From Vicugna vicugna (lineage: Eukaryota), in contig MU057865.1 of NCBI GenBank assembly GCA_013265495.1, positions 992,001 through 1,056,000 of the forward strand: 64,000 nucleotides of DNA. The letters are read 5' to 3'. Below, piece by piece: positions 52,001 through 64,000 of the stretch. Every line of letters begins with the position of its first letter. Position 1 is the first letter of the stretch. The position numbers and the translations under genes are program-made. The notes under the pieces were generated by a model, which saw nothing but the letters and a program-made list of their open reading frames with translations, ran no database searches and was not told where the DNA came from.

Positions 52001-52479
52001 AATATCAGAAACCTATTTATATCAGTTGCTTGTGAAAAACCTCACAAAAGATGCCAAATTTTGGAAAGATTTTGAACATTGGAGGAGATCAGAAATTTCT
52101 AATTATTATCTTGGGAGATGCTTTGAGTAACAAAAGATGGAAAATGTCTTCAAGAAATTAAATTTCTTAAACACACATTAAAGAAATTGAGTTAAATTCG
52201 GAGATGATCAACAATAGGTAATAAGCAATAAGAAGACAAGTTCAGTTAAAACAGGGAAGAAGAAACTTTCCTTGTGGTGTCAAGGAAATACCGAGGAAGA
52301 TCATAAAAATTCCCATACATCTGGCCTTAGTCATCATTCACATCAAGCTAAGCCTGACTTTATTCCAGACCATTCCCAGCTCTGCCTTCTTCTTCACTAT
52401 ATGTAGCACAATTAACCTGGCAATTAATTACTGCCTAAACGAAGCCTTTGGTGACTTTTGGTTCTCTTTGTCCTCTCTC

Positions 52480-53120
52480 TTTACACTTATTTACCTCTGA
52501 CCTGTCTGTCCAATTCATTTGCTTTTCTTTAATCTCATTACTACTCCTATAATTTAGACCCCCAGCATTCTCACCTTGACTTCACAGTAGCTTCATTAAC
52601 AAGTCTTCCAACTCTAGACTTGGCCTTCCTTCCCCAATGACTTATCTCTATTTCTCTTCCTTTCCCACTCTATTGTGTCGTGGGCTGCCAGAATAATGCC
52701 TCAAAGTCCACAATTGCCACCTTTTCTCCAAAGATTTTTCAGATGCCTCTCTCCTTCTACAAAGAGCTATTATTTTTCATGTGCCTTCTTTAGCACTGAA
52801 ATAAGGAGAACTATCACAAACTGAAAAAAAATTCCAATTTCCCTAACATTTTTGGGCCAGATTTTGAGTACACACAAGGAAGGAGTATATTTTATTCCTA
52901 TTTGCCTTCCTCATCCCCTAACACTATTTATTTCACGTACTACTAATGCCTAAGTTCATCTTAAATTGAAATAAATTGCTATCTAATTGTTACTTGTCTA
53001 TGTATCTTCTTATTTTTCTTCCTTGAGGTAGGACTTCAGACCATATTTTCTCATTCCTTCCACAGCCCCTAACAAAACACAGTGCATAAAGACTCATTAA
53101 ATTGTTAAATTGAATTGGAA
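52480..53120 (+). mobile_element. L2 fragments ending in the L2 3' terminus
   Basis: CATTCTCACCTTGACTTCACAGTAGCTTCATTAAC...; TCCTTGAGGTAGGAC...CCACAGCCCCTAAC...CTCATTAAATTGTTAAATTGAATT. Confidence 0.55.
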
Positions 53121-53124
53121 ATCT

Positions 53125-53335
53125 TAGGAACTGGACGAAGAGACAGGCAAGTTCTCTTTCTTCGATTCTGCTGCTTATTTATTGTAAAGCTCTGGACAAT
53201 TCACCTAAATACACAGTGCTTCATTTTACTCATCTCTTAAATGTCAATGAAGATAGTTACTTTCCTGCGTGGGTCTACGTGGAAATAATTAATGTATTTT
53301 GTAAGGGTTTGGAGAATACTGGAGAAGAACGCTAT
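53125..53335 (+). mobile_element. MIR SINE
   Basis: TCTGGACAATTCACCTAAATACACAGTGCTTCATTTTACTCATCTCTTAAATG resembles the MIR core. Confidence 0.55.
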
Positions 53336-56300
53336 TTATCATCATCAGTGGCATAAGGAGGAAGGACTTGTTAAGTACTGATATGTGAATGATTCTCTGC
53401 AGAGCAAGGTGAGTAGACAAGCTTCTTGTTCTCTAGGAGCCGACAATTAAAAAATGCGCAACAAATCTAGATGTAATACACTCAAAGACAAATATACTCA
53501 AGGGCACTCAAAGACAAATGCTATAATCAGATTGTGAACACCTTGAAGCCAGGTATAAATACACAACACATTAAGCAAATTACTAGGCTAATCATATCTT
53601 GAAATAATAATTTCATCATTGGCATACATTGGGTAGACTTGGAACCAACTCATAGAGACACCTTAGCCACAAAAGTCAAATGAAGTCAGACTTCAGGCAG
53701 GGAAAGAAATGTCAGATTCATAAAGAATTCTGAATTGACTTGGCTGCTAGAAGGGAACTCGAATGAGGTGTGTGTGTGTACATGTGTATATGTGCCTGTG
53801 TGTGTGCACAGAAGAGTGGTGGGAGTGGTGCTGATGAAGAGGGCAAGGATTTAGAACAAACATCAGGATGAAGCAGGTTTTCATTACATAATTGAGGCAC
53901 ATTAATCTTTTTTTTTTAAACTCACCACACCTGTTTAAGGAAAGAATGCCCTGATGGGTGTTAAGTCTTGGCAGAAGAAGTTCTTTGGCAACAGTGATGT
54001 CATAAATGATTTGGGTTTGAGTAAGACTATAGAATTGAGGTAATAGGTAATAGATTCTAAGCTCCTATTTGTTAAACAGGGTGTCTGTCATCCTAGGTCA
54101 ACACCTTGGACAGATCTCTAGCACCTTAAGGAGAATAAAGATAATAATCAAGAAACTGAACGTTTCACTGAAATTATCACATTATTGATGAGTTGCATAG
54201 AAGAAAAGCAATAGTGAAAAACCAAACTGAATGGTTTGATAGAACCTTCGGTTTCTGACCAGGCATGCTGGCCATGTGTCAACGTGTAGCCACTGTACTG
54301 GTTCCTATTAATCCTGGGTTTAAGATGGTCCGTAATAGTGTTAGTCCCAGAAAAATTGAATAGGACTACTTAGCCTCTGGCTGCAGTGGCAGCTCAGGTC
54401 CAAAGTGACTGCTTTTTGAGTGTATTCCGGGGGGCTGGTAGGACCCCAGGCATTTCACAACCGAATCACTTTGACCCAAAGTCATTTGTTCAATCATGGT
54501 TGACAAAAGGTAACAGAGACTTTCTACTGTTCGGAAAACAAATGGATCTCTTGACTGTTTTCATAAAGATCGACGGGGACTTGAAATAGCCTGAGGTTAA
54601 TATTATAAATCTTTCTAAAAGAGATTTTTAGAACATATTCTTTATCCCAGCATTGGATCAATCTCACAAAATGACATATTTTCAAACTACAGTGAAGCAA
54701 AACAAGTTATTCTTGAAAAAGTTGAAAATATGAAGAAAGCGTTTCCTTTCCTGGCTTTTTGGTTTGTTTTGCTTATTCTTTTATGCTTGAACATCAACCA
54801 AAGAAGAAAAGTCAAACAGAAATGCGTGATGAATATGGATTGACCTTTTCAATAGCTTTGTGCCTATTCATCTAGTCTTTATTGGTGTCCATAGTGTTCC
54901 TTGCGTGCTCACAGTGGGTATAACCCTATGGTAGGCTGGCATGAGGTGAGGGCTTTTAACACTGTAAGAGATGAGAAAAACAGAAACAAAAACAGAATAT
55001 GATGAAAGAATCTAATCTCTACTATAAATCATCAAGACCTACTATAAAATTAAAATTCACTGGGAATGTTGACTTGTCAATATTTTTGGCTCTAGCCTAT
55101 ACATGTTAATTAAATAAGAAGAAATTTAATAAAAATTAGCTTTGATCTTTGGATGAAAGGATATTTTGAGACAGTAGGAGGGAATCTAAATTAAAATTGA
55201 AACAGCAAGCATAGGAACCAGACTTCAGGAAAAGAATAAACACTGTAGACAAATAGAGCAGACTATATCATATTTATATCACTTTCTGATAGGTACTGCA
55301 GTTTTATTTTAGCTCTTACAGTTTTATTTCATAAAATACTGAAAACTTGCCCCTTTTTTTCCTTTTGTATTTTTTTTATACAAACTTGTTGACATCTCCT
55401 CTTTCCATGGAAAGTTTTTGGTGGCAGAATGACCTCACTTTCAGTTACCAGCATTACTTACTGATAACAACCAAAATGATGGAACTTTCAAGTTGTCCTG
55501 TGAAAGACAGGAAGCCGTGTTTATGCCCTGTCTCTTCCCCTCTTTACACGGCTTACAAGTCTCAGTTTGCTGATTACTCCTGACTGTGTGTTTGTGCGTT
55601 CAGCGTTGTGGGAGAATTGTTCCTATCCCATCTTAGCTATAATTTGGGGCTGAAAGCAGGCTTCAGTGTCATTCCCTTTGAGGTTGGAAGACACCATAAT
55701 AGGTACAATCATCAGTTGTTTAAGGATGTGCTATCTTTTAGCCAGACTGTCTGGCAGCGGAGCTGCATCATGAAGGAAGTTTGGAGGTAAATTCACCAGC
55801 CACTATCACCTGGCTACAAGGACTTTGTTAGGAAGATGAGCCTTCATTCTTCTTTCAAATCAGAAAACTCGATCTAGAAAGCTCTCTATGAAACAGACAG
55901 ACTAGAATAAAGCTGTTTTTAGTGATGGTGAAAAAAACGAAGACACAGTGAAGAAGTGTACTAAGAACACGATTTTTATACAGAAAATATAAATTTTAGA
56001 AAAAATTTTAAACAATGAAATCAAATCTGTTGGAATTTTGGATTTCTGATACCGAATGAGTCCATTATATGTATGTGTGCATATGTATGTGTGGATGTGT
56101 GTATGCCTACACATACTTATGTGTGTGCATATGTGTTAGAAAACCCCTGACCAGTATAAAAATTCTCATCAAATAAGAGATAAAGGTTGATGATAGTTGG
56201 AAAGTCAATTTACCTATAGTATAAGGACATGCATAGAAAACTCTTCTAAAGAAATTAAAATATAATTCAAGGGAAATTTATTTTAATATCTTTAGTCATG

Positions 56301-58136
56301 CTTATAGAATCACTGAGGGTACGAAGGGATCCCTTAGATCTGTGATACATTTTCAGCTTTTATGGGGGAAGTTCCATGAGAATAATATTATCCAATTTGA
56401 AAATTAAAGAAAGATTCTCCTTTCCAGTCATCTATGGCGATGCTCCTTCTTTTCTTGCAAATTTGCTGCATTTCTATAGTGTCTACTTTTGGATTAACTG
56501 AATGAGTTCTTCACCAAAATGTTATTAACTCTAACAGAGCCCGAGGAGAAGTTGCTCTGACCCTCTTTCAATACTTTGGGATCAAAGTTGTCTTTAAGTC
56601 TTGGTTTCCAGGCTGGCTCTCTTCTGCTGCTTCTTAGCTATTCTGAACCTCAATTTTTCTCATCTGCAAAATCATTCATAACATCAAAAGAGAAAAAGTT
56701 AAAAAAAAGAGAATAAGAAGGAGAAAGAGGACTCTTAGAAATATGTGGATGCCTCCGTATCACGGTCTGGTAGAGAGAGACACCATTTGTCATCCACAGA
56801 TCATGCACTGCAGAAAATGCAGCATCAAGGTAGCAAGTGCAGCTCATAGCTCTGAGACTGAACGCATGCTCATTGTTCTGCAATTTTTCTTTGGTGCCAG
56901 GTGAGTGCACTGTTTGCCAGGAATTCATACTTCAGAAATACAACCGTGCACACTCAGACAAAGAGCTTGGTTGGGTTGTCTTTGTTCAGGAAGCAAACAA
57001 TTAAAATGTATTTGCACTGATTGATAAAAGCCTTCCCCAAATGTTAAGCACTGCAGCAAAACACGGTATGTGGTTGTACTTTTCAGGTAACGATGTAAAT
57101 GCGAGTCCCCTTCACATGCTAGTTATTGTGGGACTGAGTTAGTGACATTAAAAAAGAAGAAAGAAAGAAAGAAAAGTATTAGAAGAGCAGCCTAATCTTA
57201 ATCAGGTGTCCAAATGTTAAATGCATCTAAGTTTTCATTCCACATGGAATTAGAGACTATGGAAATTTATGAGATAAAAGGAAGGAACATAGGATTGATA
57301 ATTTGAGAAATGTTCTTGATCCTATAAGTGAATTGGGCAATGACTGTCTTTTCATAGAAAAAGGAACTCTTAATCTATTTCAGAAAGGCTTTTTTTTTTT
57401 TCTTTGTGCAAAACTAAGGTGTCTGGACCAAGATGGCTCTTCCACCATGTGTCTTGTTCCCTTTGGCAACTTTACTTCTGAGACACAAGGATGCTCAGCC
57501 CGAGAACCTCGAGCTAGTTAAACAGAAGAAAGAATGGCGCTTCCGACTTCCGACGGAAGAGTCAGCCTGCTAACAGTAAGCTACGTTTTCTTCACGGTAG
57601 ACTTCGGTCACCGTAATCAATGTTGGCTTACATTGTTCTCAAGTTTTCTAGGGCTTGGTGGCCAATCACAGCCTGAAAACAAAAGGGTTTTGGAAAACTT
57701 TTCTTGGACCTACAAAGCAAACCCTTCCAGCATGATTTGTTTGTCGGAAGGTTGGACGCTTCTGTGGCTTGAACTTTGTTCAGTGCTTGAAAAAATCATC
57801 TCAGTCACAGCCACACTTTGTTTTCTTCAGAGCAAATTTTGCAGCATCATTTGTGATAGGAGCCACTGTGTGCTCACCCAAGCCAGACCATCTCTCATCC
57901 AGAGGGAGAAAATCAATTTTAATTCTTCAAAGAAGAGCAGCAAGTGGTAATTGTTATTTATATTTAAAGAAGGGACATTAAGCGCTTTTTTTTTCTTTCT
58001 ACCTAAGGGCTTAAAGACGGAATTTACAGGAAACAAATAGATGTAGGTTAGATTAGAAGTAAGGCCAAGTACCAGACAAATGTCTTTGACATTCTGAGAA
58101 TAATCTTAAACTCAGATTTGAAAATAAAGGGACAGT

Positions 58137-58396
58137 TGCCAGGGGCGGGACAGACTGGGAGTTCAAAATCTGTAGATACTGACCAGTATATATAGAATAG
58201 ATAAACAAGATTATCCTGTATAGCTCAGGGAAATATATACAAGATCTTGTGGTAGCTCACAGTGAAAAAGAATGTGACAACGAATATATGTATGTTCATG
58301 TATAACTGAAAATTTATGCTCTGCTCTGGAAACTGACAAAATGTTGTAAACTGACCATAACTCAATAAAATAAAAATTTCTTAAAAAGGAAAAAAA
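58137..58396 (+). mobile_element. Young camelid L1 3' end with TSD
   Basis: GGGAAATATATACAAGATCTTGTGGTAGCTCACAG...GTAAACTGACCATAACTCAATAAAA plus an A tail. TSD ATAAAGGGACAGT (58124-58136) / ATAAAGGGACGGT (58398-58410). Confidence 0.92.
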
Positions 58397-58488
58397 CATA
58401 AAGGGACGGTCTATCTGAACATTTACTGTTACTTTAGTGGCAAATTCTGTAGGTCAGACAACTAAACTGAGACCTGGATTGTAGTTTA

Positions 58489-58590
58489 TACTTTGTGCGT
58501 GTGTTTGTAATGGAGGTACTGGGGATAGAACCCAGGACCTTGTGCATGGTAAGCATGTGCTCTACCCCTGAACCAGTGCAGATTCCCTTC
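58489..58590 (-). mobile_element. tRNA-derived camelid SINE (Vic-1-like), diverged 5' end
   Basis: ATGGAGGTACTGGGGATAGAACCCAGGACCTTGTGCATGGTAAGCATGTGCTCTACC is homologous to the 27.4 kb copy. TSD TTGTAGTTTA at 58479-58488 and 58591-58600. Confidence 0.88.
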
Positions 58591-59289
58591 TTGTAGTTTA
58601 CATTTTTATGTGTCAAAGTTTAGCTTTCACATAGAGGAAAAGTATGTTCACAGACAAATTGTCTTGGAATGTCACTTTCAGCAATGAAAACTCATGTATG
58701 TTACAATTCAGTTATAATCAGTTACAGAAAATTGTAGGAAGTAGTCACTCAGTATCTATTTGAATGAATGATTGCCCAATGCACGTTCTAGGCAATGTGG
58801 GGGGTCACAGGTGATTTATTTTATTCTGAAGACACTCCATCTTATTTTTCAACTTTTGTTGACCTGCTATTCTTGATCTCACCTTTTTTTTGTCTTCTTT
58901 CATGAAGAGGCTATTTCATTCTTCATCCAGTGAACATGTAATAATAAAATACATGAGATATGAAAACATGTACTTAGAGGGCTAAACGTACTAACAGAGT
59001 TATGCCTCCATTCTGGGACCAGGCACGTCCTGAACATATCCCGGAAACACAGTAAGAGCTTCCAATAAATGTGTTCTGCTGGTGTCAAGAAGTCATATGC
59101 ATGAAAATCAAGCAGTGTGACAACATAGAGAATAATATGAACATGTCTACAGGTGACAGACAGCAGGATGAGTAGATCAAAATTAGATTGATGCTGAACA
59201 CCTAGAATATACTTGGCATGTAGTAGCAATATAATTAATATCTCTAAAAGAATGAATAAACATTTAAATACGTAGATTAATAGACTATC

Positions 59290-59545
59290 AGGATAGCACA
59301 GCACATAAGAACACAGTTTAGTGTCAGGCTTAAAAATTGAGTCTCAGGGGCTTCCTACTTTTACAATCTTGTGCATGTGATCTTGAATTTTACAAACCCC
59401 TCTTTACTCATCTCTAAAGCGTGGATAATAATGTTTATCTTCTGAAGATTAATGAGAAGAAACATATATGCAAAAACAGACACAGACATAAGGTGCTTAG
59501 GAAAAAGGCCCAGACAGATAAGATATGCTCAGCTACTACTAGTTT
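59290..59545 (+). mobile_element. MIR SINE
   Basis: TTTACTCATCTCTAAAGCGTGGATAATAATGTTTATCT...AAGATTAATGAGA...TGCTCAG...TATTATTATT. Confidence 0.55.
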
Positions 59546-59874
59546 TTATTATTATTAATTTTATTTTTGTCATCCCTAATAGTTCTAGGAAAAACCAGCT
59601 GTAATCGAATAAAATTACAATTTCTGGTTCTAGAATTCAAAGCATGTTTCTAAACAAAAAGTTATATCCTAGACAAATAAAGACATGATAAATAATGTGG
59701 AACAAATGGCTAAAATGTCGTCTGAACTTTAGTGGTTCATTAACTGCTTCTTTAAATATACATTCAGCATCTCCTGTGAACACAGCTCTTACCTATGCGC
59801 TCTTTGTGTTTCTGAAGAACTGCCCCAGCTTATCTGGGGAGGTGAAAACTAAACACATTAAACCTGTGAGACTC

Positions 59875-60352
59875 TTGGCCTGGAGTCTAAAAATCTCCCA
59901 AAAGATTCATGTAGATTTTGCTGGGTTATGAATTTGGATGGGGGGAAATTGCATGTCTCTTCATTTACCTCTAGCTAAAATTTATCATTTTCTTCAATTA
60001 TGAATGTAGACTAGAAACCACAGTATTACGAACAATTCCTGAGGTTGTCAACAATGGATGCCAGAGATGTTTTCACATGACATCACTGTCATCACAGACA
60101 CCTTGAGGTTTCATTCAAAATGATAGTAGTTATTAGAACTGTGGCTAAATTGTGTTCTGTGTGAGACAACCGTACGTAGCAGTCATCACAAATTTAGATT
60201 TTATAATATATGGTAACTGCAATTTAATGTCATTGGTTTCTTGCATAATCTTATGTATTTTATTTTATCACTTAAAATAATTATTCTGGGAATGAATCAG
60301 AACCTTCACCAAACTGTTAACGGGATTCTTGGCCCAGAGAGTTTAAGAGTAT
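59875..60352 (-). mobile_element. hAT-Charlie DNA transposon (MER113-like)
   Basis: ATTGGTTTCTTGCATAATCTTATGTATTTTATTTTAT...ATTATTCTG...CTTCACCAAACTG resembles the recalled antisense MER113 start. Confidence 0.65.
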
Positions 60353-61127
60353 TGGGAATGAGGAGATGAGTTGGAGGAGAAAGAAACACGATTATTGTCT
60401 AATGATTGAATTACGTTCTGCAAATGAATGAGTGTGCTACGTAGCTTCAGAACTAAACCAGATTTTCTGAAAAAAAAAAAAGTCACCCATGAGTGTTAGG
60501 GCAACCTAAAAGCAATGGAATAGACTTAGCATAATTGGTAACGTGTTCTGGCAAAGGAATTGTCACATTAATTTGGTTATGTACTCCTTAAAATAATCAT
60601 TTTAAGGTGGCTTCTAAAATTTTTATTATAAATTTAGTTTATATGAGTATCAATGCTGGTATTTTGTAAATATTTTTAAATAAAACTATTAAACATTCTC
60701 ATTGAAATAGAATTACAAAGGTAATTTAATACCCACCAGTGTTTATTCAACATTGTATACAAATGAGCTATCATTTTATAGTTGGAAACTTTAGATCCAT
60801 CTTTAACTTTTTAAAATCATATTTCTGTTCCTCTTCCCTCACAGAATTGTATTTAGAAACAGTACATATGACATTATTGATTGATATTTTATTGATCAGC
60901 TTGCTGTATTCTTTGAAAGAAAATACATACATAAACTGAATTTTTAAAATATTTCTGTAGCCAAAGAACTCTAAGTGTTAAAATAACACTTATGGAATAT
61001 GTTGTCATCACAGTTATTATTAGGCAGTTGATCAAAGCATAAATGTAATAGAATCTTTGATAAATAATTTTTCATTAAGAAAGTCGTGCACTATCATTTA
61101 ACGAGATGGTTTGAAGTGGGTGGTTTG

Positions 61128-61636
61128 AGGTGGATGGTTTGAAATGAAGCAGCCCCTTTCCTCCCATCCTGAAGCACCCCCTGCAGTGTGGCTTGCTATC
61201 TCCTCCCATTAAGAGGTGGATTCTATTTCCCTCCCCTTGGATATAAGCTGGTTCTGTGACTTGCTTCAACCATCAAATGCAGCTGAAGTATATATACAAC
61301 TTTTGGGACTAAATCTTGAAAGGACTTGATGTTTCTCTCATTGCCTTTTTCAAACACCTCCATCACCAAATTAGGATGCCCCAGTTAGACGACTCAATTA
61401 TAGGAGATTATGAGGAAACAGGGGCCCTGAGACTACATGGTGTGGATGAACCCAGCCCTCCCAGCGTCTAAATTGATCACCACCCTAGCCAACTCATCAG
61501 CTCAAAGCAGCCACGTGAACGAGCTCAAGTAAGACAGACAGAAGGACAATGTGTACACTCATGAGAATAACCTAGTCTTGTTTTAAACCACTAGGTTTGG
61601 GGATAATTTGTTACATGACATTAAAAAACTAAAATA
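61128..61636 (+). mobile_element. MLT1 (G/H-like) MaLR solo LTR
   Basis: CTCCTCCCATTAAGAGGTGGATTCTATTTCCCTCCCCTTG...TGTGACTTGCTT...GTTTTAAACCACTAGGTTTGGGGATAATTTGTTAC. Confidence 0.85.
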
Positions 61637-62279
61637 AAAGGGCAGTTGCAGCTCCTGATTAAAGAAATGACCTAATTGCCCTTTGGCATTCTTCTGGGTT
61701 TTCCTTGCATCAGATTATAGCTGTGAAATGGAGATGGGAAAGAAGCAGCTACATTCGAAGTAGCTGAGGTTCTGGACACCACAGCTGAAGATCTGGACAT
61801 TAATTGTCTTAAATCTATCCATGCCCTTGGACCTGTTAGCAATTCTTTACACGTACCCCAGGTGAGGACCACTGTTACAGCCTGTGAAGGGCATGATGAA
61901 GCAATAAGGCATTTCTGGTGCAGGCATAATTAAAACCAGCAGCATCTGAACTGTTTGCTTATTTGAGGAGATGCCCTGAACTATTCCAGAGGAAGCTCAG
62001 AAGCATGAACTCCACTTTGGCAAAATATAATCAGACACCGAGGAGTAGACACAACAGAGTATTCGATTTTACCCAAAGATTTACTTTGTCTTGGCTAGCC
62101 TGTATCAACAGCACCAGGACTACAATGGCTACCCTTCTCGGGGTAATGTTGCCTGGCGTCTCCAATTGCAAGTATATTGATATAAAACACTGCCATTTCT
62201 TGATCAACTACTTGAGCATAAAATGTACATTATTTCTATAATTCAAAGCGATTCTGTCCTCTGGTACTACCAGCATTTC

Positions 62280-62400
62280 ATAAGTGAAAAGAATGAGAGA
62301 AATTTAAGTGGCTTATGTCCGAGAAATCACAGAGAGTGGCCAAGGTGGACTTAATTCCAACTTTCTGTGATGCCAATGCCATGCTTATGCCACTGTGAGT
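62280..62400 (-). mobile_element. MIR SINE fragment
   Basis: AATTTAAGTGGCTTATGTCCGAGAAATCACAGAGAGTGGCCAAGGTGGACTTAATTCC. Confidence 0.5.
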
Positions 62401-62988
62401 AGGAGATTGGATTCACTCACTTCTAGGTTCTTACCAAGTAGAAAACCTATCTTTGTGCCAAAGCAGATAATGCATCCGTACAAGGGCATCGTCGTGAGAT
62501 TACTGTGCTGTGTGAGGTCAGTTAAGGACAAGTAACCGTCAGCCGGCTGTGTTGGAGAAGATTTATGGAGGATGCCTGACCTGAAGTGCATCGTTTAAGA
62601 TGCAGAAGCGTGGGTAAATACAAACGCACGAGGACAACTGAGAAAAAAATAATAGGGGAAGGAAAGGCATAAAACAGAAACTAGCCTTGCTTCTAGAAGA
62701 TTCTTTGAGAATACTGACCCGACTGATAAAAGAGGGCATGCCTAAGGGAAAGAGTGAGGTTGCACGTGACAAAGACTGATTGCAAATGATCTGAAGAGCC
62801 AGGTACTTATAGTCACACAAGCAAAGGGGGAAATTTGATAATTGAACATTAATGATATTTCTTCAACAGACACTGATAATTTATTTAGTTTTTTTTGGCT
62901 AATGACCTCAAAGATTATTTCATTCCAAAATTTTGTTTTCACATTGAATCTAAGGAGAGTGTATTGTGTACCATCAGCTTCCAACATT

Positions 62989-62990
<2 letters not shown>

Positions 62991-63022
<32 letters not shown>
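62991..63022. repeat. (AC)16 microsatellite
   Basis: Read directly. Confidence 0.97.
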
Positions 63023-63026
<4 letters not shown>

Positions 63027-64000
63027 TTTTGATTTATGTTCTTGAAGCAGTGGGCTTGTTCCTGCACCTTTAAGCAATTGGACAAATGAAATCAGCTAAG
63101 GGAATTTAAGGTAACATAAAAATAGAATGTCTGCAGTCCAAAAGAAATCATGGGCTGAAGGGAAGGAAACTAAGCAAGATTGTAGGAGGTCTCAGACAAA
63201 CGCCAGGACGTGAAGAAGAAAGAATTACAACAAAAGGCAAGAAAAAGCCAACAGGTAGAAGTGCTGGGAGCAGCTAAGAAGAGCTCAGGAAAAGGCCAAA
63301 ATGATTACTGCTCCAAAGCAAAGAGACACGTTGATGCTTTTTTCTTTTTTTAATCTTTTTTTTTTAAGTCTGACTCGTCCAAGATTAATATGGGGGGAAG
63401 AAAAACACACTGGTTTCACTTTTGTAGATAAAGCTTTAGGTCTTAAATAATGAAGTTTTTGTTTTTGTTTTTTTTGCTGTTATTCTATGTTTGAAAGCTG
63501 CAAAAAAAAAATCCTGTTTTAAAGTACTTATTACTTTGTCGTTGCAAAGGGAGAAATAGGTTCCTTTGGACTACCTTTCTGAAAGACAGAGGCTCACAGA
63601 GCTGAAAGTAGGCTCAGGAAGTTATTTTGTCTCCTGCAGAAGCAACATGGAAGACCCTAAATCTGTCTTTCTGTACGTGTATTCTTTCTTCCACTGTATG
63701 TTAATATCCATTCACTGAACAACTGGTTTTTCCAGACACCTTGCATATCATTTAATTCTCTCCATTGCACTGCATTCCAATTTAACTTTAGAGAATTAAT
63801 AAGGCAAAATAAATAGGTACACTTTTTGTAGTAGAGCTGAAATTAGATGCAATGGCAGCCAAATTTCCACGGTCATGTTAACATCATACAGAGGGGCTCA
63901 TCTTTTTTTGTGGTGCCTTGAAATCTCTGATGTCCTCATGTTCTACCATTCCTATCCTCCTCAACTCCACTCTCTTCTATGGCAGGGATGAAAGATCAAT

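Noticed and set aside
1..64000. ORFs in the supplied track as protein-coding genes
   Set aside because: All are 138 aa or shorter, many begin at non-ATG codons and none resembles a protein I recognise. Many overlap decayed repeats or microsatellites.
1..64000. Repeat orientation bias as evidence of a + strand host gene
   Set aside because: Minus-strand L1s and LTRs are only slightly more common; the counts are too small to infer transcription direction.

Overview
AT-rich, CpG-poor eutherian genomic DNA, intronic or intergenic. It is very probably from a camelid (alpaca, llama or camel): two tRNA-derived SINEs match my recollection of the camelid Vic-1-type consensus, and several short L1 3' ends look camelid/artiodactyl-type. 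I recognise no protein-coding exon, RNA gene, CRISPR array or intact mobile-element ORF. The ORF track is explained by chance ORFs and decayed repeats. A large share of the window is interspersed repeats: L3/CR1, L2, MIR, old L1M fragments, younger L1 3' ends with target-site duplications (TSDs), solo LTRs (ERV1-like, MLT1, MLT2, LTR16-like, LTR40-like) and hAT-Charlie DNA transposons (MER5A, MER20, MER113-like). Subfamily names come from recalled consensus sequences, not from a search, and boundaries of old repeats are approximate. The best leads are a CpG/ETS/Kozak-ATG/donor cluster at about 57.5 kb (possible unannotated first exon), several AG|GTRAG recursive-splice or microexon-like motifs, two dense transcription-factor motif clusters, a degenerate ~28-bp array inside an L3, a chimeric LINE at 38.4-40.5 kb and a perfect 34-bp duplication. 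I cannot support a new biological system from this sequence alone; all leads are hypotheses.
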